Below, one piece after another: positions 1 to 11,481 of a stretch of DNA of 64,000 nucleotides. This stretch comes from Actinomycetota bacterium (GTDB taxonomy: Bacteria; Actinomycetota; AC-67). The position numbers and the translations under genes were made by a program. The notes beneath the pieces are model-generated. The model saw only the letters and a program-made list of their open reading frames with translations, was not told where the DNA came from and did no database searches. The first letter of the stretch is position 1. Every line of letters begins with the position of its first letter. The stretch covers positions 132 through 64,131 of the forward strand of contig DASWJS010000029.1 in NCBI GenBank assembly GCA_036397035.1, written 5' to 3'.

Positions 1-564
1 GCCGCTCTGCTCCCCGACGACGCGATGGTGTGCGTCGACGCGGGCGAGCTGGCGCTGTGGGCGCTCGACGCGATTCCCGCGATGCGGGAAGCCTCGATGC
101 ACGTCTCCAGCTCGTCGCGGCTCGGCGCTCTCGGCATGGGGCTCCCCTTCGCAATCGGCATGAAAGCGGCGTTCCCGGACCGGCCGGCGGTGGTCCTGGC
201 CGGGGACGGCTCGTTCGGCTTCACCGCGATGGAGCTGGAGACCTCGGCGCGGCACGGCCTCCCGGTCGCCGTCGTCGTCGGCAACGACGCCGGCTGGGGC
301 ATCGTGCGCCACCTCCAGCGGGCGCACTACGGCAGGTCGCTTGCCAGCGACCTGCCTCCCACCCCCTACGAGCTGCTGGCCGAGATGGCCGGGGGGGTCG
401 GCGACGCCGTTCGAACGCCCCAGCAGCTCGTCATCGCGCTCACCAACGCCATCGTCGCCGGCGTGCCGAGCGTCATCAACGTTCACGTCGATCCGGACGT
501 CACGCACGAGGCGATCCCGCTCGTGGCGGCGATGTTCGCGCCGCGCGAGGATCCCGGGGCCTAG
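1..564 (+). CDS. thiamine-pyrophosphate-dependent enzyme, C-terminal TPP-binding domain (acetolactate synthase / benzoylformate decarboxylase family); 5' end lies outside the window
   Basis: Frame open from nt 1; GDGSFGF...GNDAGWG TPP-binding motif; TAG stop at 562-564. Confidence 0.75.
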   Translation, partial: AALLPDDAMVCVDAGELALWALDAIPAMREASMHVSSSSRLGALGMGLPFAIGMKAAFPDRPAVVLAGDGSFGFTAMELETSARHGLPVAVVVGNDAGWGIVRHLQRAHYGRSLASDLPPTPYELLAEMAGGVGDAVRTPQQLVIALTNAIVAGVPSVINVHVDPDVTHEAIPLVAAMFAPREDPGA

Positions 565-836
565 CGCCCGAACCCTGCGTGCCGGGCGCGCTCGCGCACG
601 AGCAGGACGTGGTGGATCTGGTAGTAGGGAAGCACGACCGAGCGCACGGACGACTCGTCGTCCATGTCCCGGACGTCGATCTGGACCCAGGCGTCGCCGG
701 TCTCGACGACGCGGTCGAGGATGTAGGCGCGGCCGCCGTTCAGGTTCAATTCGGCCCGCACGCCGTCGGCGATCCCCGCACGCTCGGCAAACGCCGTCTT
801 TCGCTGCTCGAAGGTTTCGAAGAAGGTCTTGTCCAT
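561..836 (-). CDS. hypothetical small protein (91 aa)
   Basis: Internal ATG (MDKTFFETF...) of ORF 561..992; protein-like composition; no recognisable family. Confidence 0.4.
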   Translation of the reverse strand: MDKTFFETFEQRKTAFAERAGIADGVRAELNLNGGRAYILDRVVETGDAWVQIDVRDMDDESSVRSVVLPYYQIHHVLLVRERARHAGFGR

Positions 837-1076
837 GGCGCCGAAGCGTGCCACCCCGCTCCCCCCGCCGCAAGCCTGAGCCCGCGTGGCAGTGACTGCT
901 CCGGGCACTTCCCCTGGCCCCCGCAGAGATTCCCCCTCCTCGCCGGCCAGGTTCACGTTTTCCTTGCCGCTGGCCGACGTGGCGAGTATCATCTTCTCGC
1001 TGGCGCTTAGGCGCTGGCTTTACCTGGGGCCCCTCTGCGGGGCCCTTTTACTTGGCCCTTTGATTGAGGGAGGACC

Positions 1077-1330
1077 ATGGACCGATTCGGGATCTTCGTG
1101 GATGCCGGGTACCTCTTCGCGGCCTCCGGGGAACTCTGTTTCAAGGTAACCGACCGAAACAAGCTTGCGGTCGACGTTCGTTCGGTCGCATCGGCGCTCG
1201 TCGCCATTGGCGTCCACAGCGGGCTCACGTATTCACCTCGTCGAACGAGGCGGGTCTCTGTGCGGGAGCGGCGCCCGGCCTGGGAAACGGACGAACCTGA
1301 CGAACCCGCGCGTGTAACCGAACTGTAACC
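1077..1330 (+). pseudogene. NYN-domain (LabA-like) protein remnant, frameshifted and truncated
   Basis: N-terminus MDRFGIFVDAGYLFAASG... matches the NYN-domain start; strong RBS GGGAGGA 7 nt upstream; similarity continues in the +1 frame from about nt 1230 (RIHLVERGG...GARPGKRTNLTNPRV), then stops at about 1315; no NYN C-terminal half present. Confidence 0.5.
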
Positions 1331-1411
1331 GGCTGCCCGTGGTGGCCGTCACATGCGCCACCTACAATCGGGCATCCGAGCGAACACCTCGGACGGGAGA
1401 GAGGGCCCGAC

Positions 1412-1732
1412 ATGATCGACCAGATCGATGGAATCGGTGTACCCGGAACGCCCGCAATGAGGATTCCCGAAGACCAGGAGCGACTCTTCGCGGCGGCAGT
1501 CCGCGAGTCCGTCCGGCGTCAGACGGAATCGATGCTCAAGCACCGCGGTGTGCGCATGTCGGCGGATGCCGTGCGTTGCCCCCGGTGCGGCGAGCGCTTG
1601 ATCATGCTTGACGAACCCTCGACGTTCGTGCTCGGATCGGACAACGAGCGCCTGTGCACGGCCTGCGGCGCCGAGCGCGACTTCTTCACGATGGTCCGTC
1701 CTCAGACCGACATCGGCGGCGAGGGCGGCTAG
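1412..1732 (+). CDS. hypothetical zinc-ribbon protein (CPRCG...CTACG)
   Basis: ORF with GGGAGAGAGGG RBS; paired CxxC motifs. Confidence 0.5.
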   Translation: MIDQIDGIGVPGTPAMRIPEDQERLFAAAVRESVRRQTESMLKHRGVRMSADAVRCPRCGERLIMLDEPSTFVLGSDNERLCTACGAERDFFTMVRPQTDIGGEGG

Positions 1733-1751
1733 CCTTCCACTCACACACAGA

Positions 1752-1782
1752 AACGGGTCCGGCTCCGCCGGGCCCGTTTCAA
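1752..1782. terminator. bidirectional stem-loop between convergent genes
   Basis: AAACGGGTCCGG-CTCCG-CCGGGCCCGTTT, a roughly 12-bp stem with one mismatch, flanked by T/A residues. Confidence 0.45.
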
Positions 1783-1796
1783 GGTTTCCGGGGCCG

Positions 1797-2654
1797 TCAG
1801 CTCGGGGTAAGCGAGCCGAGCTGGTACTCGAAGTAGAACGAGCCCTGCGGCGAGCGCACGTCCTGCTCGAACCGCACGACGAGCCTCTCCTTCGGGACGA
1901 ACCATTGCAGGAGCGTCGAGGAGGACCCTTCCTGCTCGCCGGGCGCGTAGGTCTCGACAACGAAGGCATCGGCCTGGACCCCTCCGATGTCGATCTTCTC
2001 GGTGCGAAGGACTCGGCTGAACTGCCGGGTCTTTCCTTCGCTCCCCTTGCAGCCGACCTCCTGGTCCCACTTCGCCTCGACCTCCAGCGGCATCTTCAGC
2101 CATTGGATCGGCGGCTTGAAGGCATCGCAGCTCGGGATGCCGAGCGACCCGCTCGTCTTCTGGCTCAGCAGCAGCAGCTCCAGATCGGTGAACAGGTAGG
2201 TGAACTCGACCGAGCCGTCCTCGCCGAAGTCCCAAACCTGCAATTGCCGGCGACCTCCGGTGGCCGCCGTCGACTTCTCGATCACGTAGTCGAACTCGAA
2301 CTCATCCGTTCCGGTCCCGAACTCGACCAGGCCGGCGGCCGCGTACGTGCCCTCCACCGGGGGCACGGCGAGCGTCGTGGCGAGTGGGTTGCCCGGCGGA
2401 CCCGCCTCACGGACCGGGCGCGGCGCGACGGCGCCGGCTTCGGGCGCGGTCGGCTGCGCCTCGGGGTCGATGATGCGGACGGCTCCGACCTTGGGGAGCT
2501 TCCTGGCTTCCTTCTCGCTCAGCATGAGCGCGGCGGGCTTGGGGCTCTCTCCCTCCGCGAGGTAGGAGATCGCCGTGCCGCCACACGCCGTGAGCAGAAC
2601 GGCGCTCGCGACGAACAGCGCCCAGCCCCGCACCGACGTGGTGGTCCCGGTCAC
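1797..2654 (-). CDS. putative lipoprotein (286 aa), unknown function
   Basis: GTG start with GGAGGA RBS; signal peptide and lipobox VTGTTTSVRGWALFVASAVLLTAC|GG; GTGA start/stop overlap with the upstream gene. Confidence 0.7.
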   Translation of the reverse strand: MTGTTTSVRGWALFVASAVLLTACGGTAISYLAEGESPKPAALMLSEKEARKLPKVGAVRIIDPEAQPTAPEAGAVAPRPVREAGPPGNPLATTLAVPPVEGTYAAAGLVEFGTGTDEFEFDYVIEKSTAATGGRRQLQVWDFGEDGSVEFTYLFTDLELLLLSQKTSGSLGIPSCDAFKPPIQWLKMPLEVEAKWDQEVGCKGSEGKTRQFSRVLRTEKIDIGGVQADAFVVETYAPGEQEGSSSTLLQWFVPKERLVVRFEQDVRSPQGSFYFEYQLGSLTPS

Positions 2655-3004
2655 GCGTTCCTCCCGCTCCTCGATCGAGCGATCAGCGCTCGGGTGATCG
2701 CCCCGGGCAGCGCGTCCTCCAGCGATTCCCATGGGATGACGTGGTGCCCCGCTTCCTGGTCGTCGCCTCCCACAACGAGGATCGCGACCTCGGGTCGCGT
2801 CTCCCGAAGGCGAGCCGAGAACGCCGCCGCATCCGGACGCGACCCGTCCACGATAACGACATCCATCGTGGTCTGCTCGCCCAGGATCTCCTCCGCGCCG
2901 GTGGCGAGCAGGATGACCTGGGCGTCGGGCCCGGCCGCGCGCCGAAGGCGCGCGGCCAGATCGGTCGTGGCGGCGAGGATCGCGACCCAGATTGCCCGGC
3001 ACAT
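2651..3004 (-). CDS. hypothetical protein with CheY-like receiver fold lacking the conserved phospho-acceptor set (pseudo-receiver), 117 aa
   Basis: C-terminal 117 codons of ORF 2651..3853; ATG lies 2 nt after the ABC gene stop; alternating beta/alpha pattern IWVAIL..VILLATG..MDVVIVDG..AILVVGGDD..HHVIPWE. Confidence 0.5.
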   Translation of the reverse strand: MCRAIWVAILAATTDLAARLRRAAGPDAQVILLATGAEEILGEQTTMDVVIVDGSRPDAAAFSARLRETRPEVAILVVGGDDQEAGHHVIPWESLEDALPGAITRALIARSRSGRNA

Positions 3005-3006
3005 GC

Positions 3007-4838
3007 TCAGTCGTACCTCGAGGCCTGCATCTGGAACAGCTCGGCGTAGCGCTCGCCGCGCGCGATCAGCTCCTCGTGCGAGCCAAGCTCCTCGATCGCG
3101 CCCTCGTGCAGCACGACGATCAGGCTCGCCATGCGCACGGTCGAGAACCGGTGCGACACCAGCACCGTGATCGGGGCGTCCTCCGAGCCGGCGCGGCCGG
3201 CGAGGTCGCCGAAGCGCTCGAAGACCTCGTGCTCGGCTCGTGCGTCCAGGCTCGCCGTCGGCTCGTCCAGCACGATCAGCGCCGGAGTCGTGCGCATCGA
3301 CCCGCGCGCGATCGCGAGCCGCTGCCACTCCCCTTCGCTCAAGTCGGTGCCTCCTTCGAACTGCCGGCCGAGCTGCGACTCGAGCTGCTGCGGCAGCTTG
3401 TCGATGACGCGGCTCGCGCCGGCGAACCCGACCGCGGTCTGCACGCGGCTCGCGTCGTCGATCGCCGGCAGGTCGCCGACGCCGACCGCCTCGCGTGCGA
3501 TGAACTCGAAGCGCACGAAGTCCTGGAACGCCGAGGCCATCCCGGCCCGCCACTGCTCGAGATCCATCTCGCGCAGGTCCACGCCGTCGATCGTGATGCG
3601 CCCCTCGGACGGGTCGTAGAAGCGCGAGAGCAGCTTCACGATGCTCGACTTCCCGGCGCCGTTCTCGCCGACGAGCGCGATGGTCGATCGAGCCGGGAGG
3701 AACAGGTTGATGTCCCGCAGCACGATCTTGTCGGTCCCGGGATAGCGGAACGTGACGCCTTCGAACGTGATGCCGTGGCGAATGCGCGCGGGCGCCGGGA
3801 GCGCTTCGCCGTCCGCGCGCACGACGACCTCGGGTTGGTAGCGCAGCAGCCACAGGTACTTGTCGCCCATGAACGCCATCTCGGCAAGGCCCGCCATCAG
3901 CTCGGCGGCCATCTCGACTTGCCCGAGCGCCAGGCGCGCGACCTGCACGCCGAGCGCGACGTCGCCGGGCGTCGCCCGTCCGCGCAGCGCGAGCCAGCCG
4001 ATGAACGCGATCGCCGCGGTGAGCGCGACGCCGTAGACCACGCCGCCGACGGTCGAGCGAGACGCTTGTTTCATGCGCGCGCGGAACATGCGGCGCACGT
4101 AGGCGTCGCTCGCCGCACGGTGCTCGGCGAGCACGTGGTCACGCAAGCCGAACAGGCGGATCTCCTTTGCGCCGGTCGGATGGACGCTCAGCTTCAGGAA
4201 GTGATCGGCGCGGCGCTGGTCGGGCGCGGCCTCGTCGAACAGCGACCAGTGCTTGAGGAACGACCGGTACTGGATGTAGGCGCTCGGGACCATGACGAAC
4301 GGGAGCAAGGACAGCAGCGGATGGATCGTCCACAGAAGCGCGAGCGCCGAGAGCATGCCGAAGACGACGAAGGCGACCGCGCCCATCTGTTGGAGCAACT
4401 GCGCGGGGATCCACTGCCGCTCGCGCACCTGCTTCATGCGGTCGGCGAACTCGCTGCGCTCCAGGTGATCGAGACCGGGCGCGCCGGCCGCGACCGTCAT
4501 CAAGCGCTGGTCCACCTCGTGGCCGATCCGGTCGGCCATGTCCACCTGCAAGAGCTGGAGCCAGTCGTTGAACAGCGTCTGCGCGCCGAGCACCGCCAGG
4601 AAGAGCACGCCGAACAGGATCGCGGTCGCGCGGTGGCCGTCCGCGATGCCGTCGACGACGCCGCGGCTCACCCACGCGCCCGCCGCCCCGGCCACGCCGA
4701 GCGCCACCATCAGCGAGAGCATCATCGTGGCTTTCGTCCGCGTGGCGCTCCAGGCCATCTCGAAGATGACGCCGTAGACACGGCCGATCTTCGGCAGCAC
4801 GGTCTTCAACGTGCGGGGCTGGCGCTTCTGCTCGTCGC

Positions 4839-4842
<4 letters not shown>
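3007..4842 (-). CDS. ABC transporter, fused permease/ATP-binding protein (exporter type), second subunit of a pair
   Basis: Walker A GENGAGKSS, signature LSEGEWQRLAIAR, Walker B LIVLDEPTASLD; six TM helices at the N-terminus; ATGA overlap with the upstream ABC gene. Confidence 0.9.
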
Positions 4843-6710
<1,868 letters not shown>

Positions 6711-6884
6711 GCCCGTCGCTCTCGTCGTTGGGATCGTGGCACGTGAGCAGGACCCGGATGCGGCACAGGAGGCGGGCCGTCACGGCGAACGTAGCTTCTC
6801 TCAGGCCCATCGCAACGGTCAAATCGCTTCGCGCGCGGTCCGGCCCGGACGCCCCGGGATCGAGTGGCCTAGAATCGCCTGCCT

Positions 6885-8438
6885 ATGGAGGCGGGCGTGC
6901 GCGAGTACGGGCTCTACGTCGACGGCGAATGGGTCGAGGCCTCGACCAAGGAGTTGATCGAGTCGATCGACCCCTCCAACGGGGAGGTCGTCGCACGGGC
7001 GCATCGTGCGGGCACGCGCGACGCGCGCCGCGCGATCGAGGCGGCGCGCGGCGCGTTCGAGCGGTCGGGCTGGCCCGAGCGCTCGCCCGAGGAACGCCGC
7101 GAGCTGCTGATCGCGGTGCTCGACTCGCTGTCCGAGCGACTGACCGAGCTGGCGGAGCTGGAGGCGCGCGACACCGGCCTCACGATCCGCGCCGCGACCG
7201 CGATGGTCGGCGCCGGCATTCAGCAGGCGCGAGAGCTGGTCGACATCGCCGCCAAGATCGAGGTGGAGGAGCCGCTGCCGCCCAGCGGCGTCTCCCAGAC
7301 CGCGGACAGCCGCCTCGTCCGCTCGCCCTACGGCGTGGTCTCGGCGATCACGCCGTTCAACGCGCCCTTCGTCCTGTCGGCGTGGAAGGTCTTCCCCGCG
7401 CTCGCGATGGGCAACACCGTCGTCCACAAGCCTTCGCCGCTGACGCCGGCGACCGCGTGCGAGGTCGCCGCCGCCTTCGACGCGGCGGGGTGCCCGCCGG
7501 GGGTGTTCAACGTGCTGCCGGGCGGCGGCGCCGACGTCGGCGAGGAGATGGTGTCGAACCCGTTCGTGGACCGCGTGGCGTTCACCGGCTCGACCGAGGT
7601 GGGGCGGCGAATCGCGGCGCTCGCCGCGCGCACGGTGAAGCCCGTTTCGCTGGAGCTGGGGGGCAAGAGCGCGAACCTGATCCTGGACGACGCGGACCTG
7701 GACGTCGCGATCCCCGGCGCGTTGTGGGCCGTGTACCTGCACCAGGGGCAGACGTGCCAGGCGGGCACGCGCCTGTTCGTCCCCGAGCGGATGCTCGAGG
7801 AGGTCGTCGACCGGCTCGTCCAGACGGCCGCGCAACTGCGGGTCGGACCGACGCTGTCGTGGGACACCGACCTCGGTCCGATCGCCTCGCGCCCGCAGCT
7901 CGAACGCGTCGAGCGGTACGTGGGCATCGGACGCAAGGAGGGAGCGGTCCTGGCGTGCGGGGGACACCGGCTGGCCGACGAGGGGTTGCAGAACGGCTAC
8001 TACTACGCCCCGACCATCTTCACCGGGGTCGGGCCGCGGTCGCGCCTCGCGCAGGAAGAGGTCTTCGGCCCGGTGCTCGGCGTGGTCTCCTACCGCGAGG
8101 AGGACGAGGCGGTGGCGATGGCCAACGACACGATCTTCGGCCTCGCCGCGGCGGTGTGGGGAACGAACCTCGCGCGCGCGAGCGCGATCGCGCGGCGCCT
8201 GTCGGCCGGCACGGTGTGGGTCAACGACTACCACATGCTCTACGCGGCGGCGCCCTACGGCGGCTGGCGGCAGTCGGGGCTCGGTCAGGAGCTGGGACCG
8301 GCCGGCTGCCTCGCCTACGCGCGCGCCAAGCACCTCTGGGTCGAGCGGCCGGGCACGCTGCGCGCGCGCGCCTGGACCCCGATCATCGGTCTGGATCGCG
8401 TCTTCGGCGTCGACTACGGCGAGGATCCGCCGAACTGA
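6885..8438 (+). CDS. NAD(P)-dependent aldehyde dehydrogenase
   Basis: ELGGKS motif and catalytic-Cys region QGQTCQAGTR; 517 aa. Confidence 0.9.
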   Translation: MEAGVREYGLYVDGEWVEASTKELIESIDPSNGEVVARAHRAGTRDARRAIEAARGAFERSGWPERSPEERRELLIAVLDSLSERLTELAELEARDTGLTIRAATAMVGAGIQQARELVDIAAKIEVEEPLPPSGVSQTADSRLVRSPYGVVSAITPFNAPFVLSAWKVFPALAMGNTVVHKPSPLTPATACEVAAAFDAAGCPPGVFNVLPGGGADVGEEMVSNPFVDRVAFTGSTEVGRRIAALAARTVKPVSLELGGKSANLILDDADLDVAIPGALWAVYLHQGQTCQAGTRLFVPERMLEEVVDRLVQTAAQLRVGPTLSWDTDLGPIASRPQLERVERYVGIGRKEGAVLACGGHRLADEGLQNGYYYAPTIFTGVGPRSRLAQEEVFGPVLGVVSYREEDEAVAMANDTIFGLAAAVWGTNLARASAIARRLSAGTVWVNDYHMLYAAAPYGGWRQSGLGQELGPAGCLAYARAKHLWVERPGTLRARAWTPIIGLDRVFGVDYGEDPPN

Positions 8439-8445
8439 GGAACCG

Positions 8446-8691
8446 CTACCCGGCGCCTTCGAGCACGGCGCGAACGGAGTCGATCGCAGCCTTCACGGCG
8501 GGGTCCCCACTGTAGGGGACGGCCGCGTTCGCCAGGGACTCCGCGGCCCGCGCGAGCGCCTTGCGCTCCCCGAGCAACGCGAGCATGTCGGCGCGCGCAC
8601 GGGGGGCCGGGACGGGTCCGAGGCGTCGCTCGTAATAACGGCGGATCACGGCGGCATCGCCGGGACGCGCGCGGGTGGCTGCCTTGCTCAT
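8446..8691 (-). CDS. hypothetical small protein (81 aa)
   Basis: AAGGAG RBS 7 nt upstream of the ATG; unknown family. Confidence 0.45.
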   Translation of the reverse strand: MSKAATRARPGDAAVIRRYYERRLGPVPAPRARADMLALLGERKALARAAESLANAAVPYSGDPAVKAAIDSVRAVLEGAG

Positions 8692-8795
8692 CGGTTCGCT
8701 CCTTGAGTCGGTCGGGCGAAACTGTACCGGAGCAACCGCGCGCCGCCGAACCCGCGATTCGCAGCCCCCGCGGCTCCCCGGTAGCGTCGGCGGCG

Positions 8796-9638
8796 ATGCC
8801 GCGGTTGTGCTTGATGCAGGTTCACGCGCACCCCGACGACGAGGCGTCGAAGGGGGCGGCGACCGCCGCCCGCTACGCGGCCGAGGGCGTGCGGACCGTG
8901 CTCGTCACCTGCACCGGGGGCGAGGCGGGCGAGATCCTGAATCCCGCGGCCGACACGCCCGAAGCGCGAGCCGATCTCCCGGCCGTCCGCCGCGCCGAGC
9001 TGGACGAAAGCGCGGCGATCCTGGGGTACGCGGCCGTGCGCCTGCTCGGCTACCGCGACTCCGGCATGCCCGGCACCGAGGCCAACGCCCACCCGGCCGC
9101 GTTCGCGAACGCGCCCCTGGAGGAGGCGGTCGGCAGGCTCGTCGAAGTCGTCCGCGCCGAGCGGCCGCACGTGATCCTCTGCTACAGCGACGACCAGTCG
9201 CGCTACCCGCACCCCGATCACCTGCGCGCGCACGACGTCGCGGTGGCGGCCTTCGACGCGGCCGCCGACGCCGCTCGCTTCCCCGGCGAACCCTGGCAGC
9301 CGCTGAAGCTGTACTACATGGGGCGTGCGTTGCGCGTGATGCAGGCCTACCACGAGGCGATCCTGGCTGGGGGCGAGCCGAGCCCGCTGGAGCCGTTCCT
9401 CGGCGGCGTGGGCGACGACGATCGCTTCACCACCGCCGTCGACGTGGCCGAGCACATGGCTGCGCGGGACCGGGCGCTGCTCGCGCACCGCACCCAGGTC
9501 GCCCCGGACTCGGCCTGGTTCGCGCTTCCCCTGGAGGAGCGCATCCGCATCGCGCCCACCGAGCAATTCATCCGCGCCCGCAGCCTCGTGGAGGTCCCGG
9601 GCGGGATCGAACGGGACCTGTTCACGGGCATCCGCTGA
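8796..9638 (+). CDS. mca: mycothiol S-conjugate amidase / LmbE-PIG-L family deacetylase (Mca/MshB-like)
   Basis: HAHPDDE motif and strong similarity to the Mca pattern (LVTCTGGEAGEI..YPHPDH..LFTGI); start chosen at MPRLCLMQVHAHPDDE; the ORF is open 31 codons further upstream. Confidence 0.75.
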   Translation: MPRLCLMQVHAHPDDEASKGAATAARYAAEGVRTVLVTCTGGEAGEILNPAADTPEARADLPAVRRAELDESAAILGYAAVRLLGYRDSGMPGTEANAHPAAFANAPLEEAVGRLVEVVRAERPHVILCYSDDQSRYPHPDHLRAHDVAVAAFDAAADAARFPGEPWQPLKLYYMGRALRVMQAYHEAILAGGEPSPLEPFLGGVGDDDRFTTAVDVAEHMAARDRALLAHRTQVAPDSAWFALPLEERIRIAPTEQFIRARSLVEVPGGIERDLFTGIR

Positions 9639-9736
9639 CCGCGGCGCGCCCGATTCCTCCCAGGATTCAACGTCTCGACGCCTTTCGCCGATAGTCACTT
9701 CGGAGGGGTCAGAGGGGGCCCGGCACTCTGGGAGGC

Positions 9737-11032
9737 GTGGTCATGTCCGGTCCGGTCCGACTCGGGCGAGCATCGGCGCTCGCCCTCGCGCTCGTGGCCT
9801 TCACCGCGCTGCCCGCCGGCGCCGCCGAGGTGCACGCGGAGATCGACGCCGGCGCCGACGACGTCACCATCGAGCGCGGCTCGACCGGAACGCTCGCGAT
9901 CGCCGTCACCGCGTCGGGCGACCTCAGTTGCTTCTCCACGCCCGCGCGGCCGAGCACCGCGAGGTTCAAGCTCAATTACGTCGTGACCGACGCCGGGACC
10001 GTCGCGAGCGGCGGCGTCGCGTCGCAGCTCCTGTCCTTCTGGGCCACCGGCGACTGCACGGTGACCTGGAGCGGTGCGCCCGATCCGCAGACCGTCTCGA
10101 TATCGATCGCGGTCGACCCCGCCGCCCCCTCCGGGACCTACGCCCTCGCGCTGACGCCGACGCTCAGCTCCCCCGCTTCGCCGGGGCTCACCGACGCCGA
10201 GCCGACCGTCGTGACGATCGCGGTGCCCGGCGGCGATGCGGCACCGCCGAGCGTCTCCTGCGGACCGCCCGTCGGGAACGCCGGCGCGAACGGGTGGTTT
10301 ACGAGCGCAGTCCGCCACGAGTGCAGCGCTTCGGACGACGTCGGTCTCGCGGACCCGTCGGACGCCTCGTTCACGCTCGCCACGGCCGGCGAGGGCGCCG
10401 TCATGACCGGCGCGCGCGCGGTGTCCGACCTGGCCGGGAACACCGTGGATGCGGGTCCGTTCGGACCCTACGCGGTGGACGCGTCCAACCCGACCGTGAC
10501 CTTCGGCCGGCAGGTGGAGGGCGGTTCGGTCACGGTCGGGTCGGACGTCACCATCGAGTACGCCTGCTGGGACGCGGTGTCGGGCATCGCCACGTGCGCC
10601 GGGTCGCAGCCGAGCGGCTCGGCTCTGGATACCTCGACCGCGGGCGAGCGCGCCGTGACGGTCACGGCGACCGACGTCGCCGGCCGATCGACGACGGAGA
10701 CGTTGAGGGTCGCCGTCGTCTACCAAACCGATGGGCCCACCGTCGCATCGGGTCCGGCCCACCCGAAGGCGGGAAGCACCGTTCAGCTGTCATGGAGCCT
10801 CGGCGGCGTGGGCGACACCGCTACGATGACGGCGGCGACGACGGCATCGTGCGACGGGGGCCCGTCCTCTCCATTGGAGTCGCCCGGCAAGTCGGGACTG
10901 ACCTACGACCAGCAGAGCGACACGTACAAGCTCCTGTGGCAGACCTCCAAGGGCATGGCCGGATCGTGCGTGCGCGTGGCGCTCTCCCTCGACGACGGGA
11001 CGACGCAGACGCTGGACGTCTGGTTCGCGTGA
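9737..11032 (+). CDS. secreted protein with signal peptide, Ala/Thr/Ser-rich, Ig-like repeats; unknown function
   Basis: GGGAGG RBS; signal peptide RASALALALVAFTALPAGAA; 431 aa. Confidence 0.6.
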   Translation: MVMSGPVRLGRASALALALVAFTALPAGAAEVHAEIDAGADDVTIERGSTGTLAIAVTASGDLSCFSTPARPSTARFKLNYVVTDAGTVASGGVASQLLSFWATGDCTVTWSGAPDPQTVSISIAVDPAAPSGTYALALTPTLSSPASPGLTDAEPTVVTIAVPGGDAAPPSVSCGPPVGNAGANGWFTSAVRHECSASDDVGLADPSDASFTLATAGEGAVMTGARAVSDLAGNTVDAGPFGPYAVDASNPTVTFGRQVEGGSVTVGSDVTIEYACWDAVSGIATCAGSQPSGSALDTSTAGERAVTVTATDVAGRSTTETLRVAVVYQTDGPTVASGPAHPKAGSTVQLSWSLGGVGDTATMTAATTASCDGGPSSPLESPGKSGLTYDQQSDTYKLLWQTSKGMAGSCVRVALSLDDGTTQTLDVWFA

Positions 11033-11045
11033 GCCGTGCGCCGGC

Positions 11046-11279
11046 TCAGCGGTAGCGGTAGGTGATCCTGCCGCGGGTCAGGTCGTAGGGGGACAGCTCG
11101 ACCTTGACCTTGTCGCCGGGCACGAGCCGGATGTAGTGCTTGCGCATCTTCCCTGAGATGTGCCCGAGCACGATCGGGCCGTTTTCGAGCTGCACGCGGA
11201 ACATCACGTTCGGCAGCGCCTCGGTCACGACGCCGTCGATCTCGATGGCCTGCTCCTTCTCCGGCCCGGTGCGCGCCAT
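11046..11279 (-). CDS. infA: translation initiation factor IF-1
   Basis: [15 protein letters not shown]...[36 protein letters not shown] is the canonical IF-1 sequence; an alternative TTG start at 11402 would add a 41-aa basic tail. Confidence 0.85.
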   Translation of the reverse strand: MARTGPEKEQAIEIDGVVTEALPNVMFRVQLENGPIVLGHISGKMRKHYIRLVPGDKVKVELSPYDLTRGRITYRYR

Positions 11280-11481
11280 CTGCTTCTCTTTCTGCGCGGC
11301 GCGAGACGCCGCCCGGCGAGCGCGCGACCCGGCCCGCGACCCGCCGGTCGTGGTCTTTCTCGCTCCGGGGCGCGGCGGCCGTCCGGCTCGTGGTTTGGCC
11401 AACGATCATTCCCTTCTCGTGCGTGCGCAACAGCCTAACGGATTCGCCCGCGCCGTCGAAGAGCGGTCTCGCGGTTAGTGT

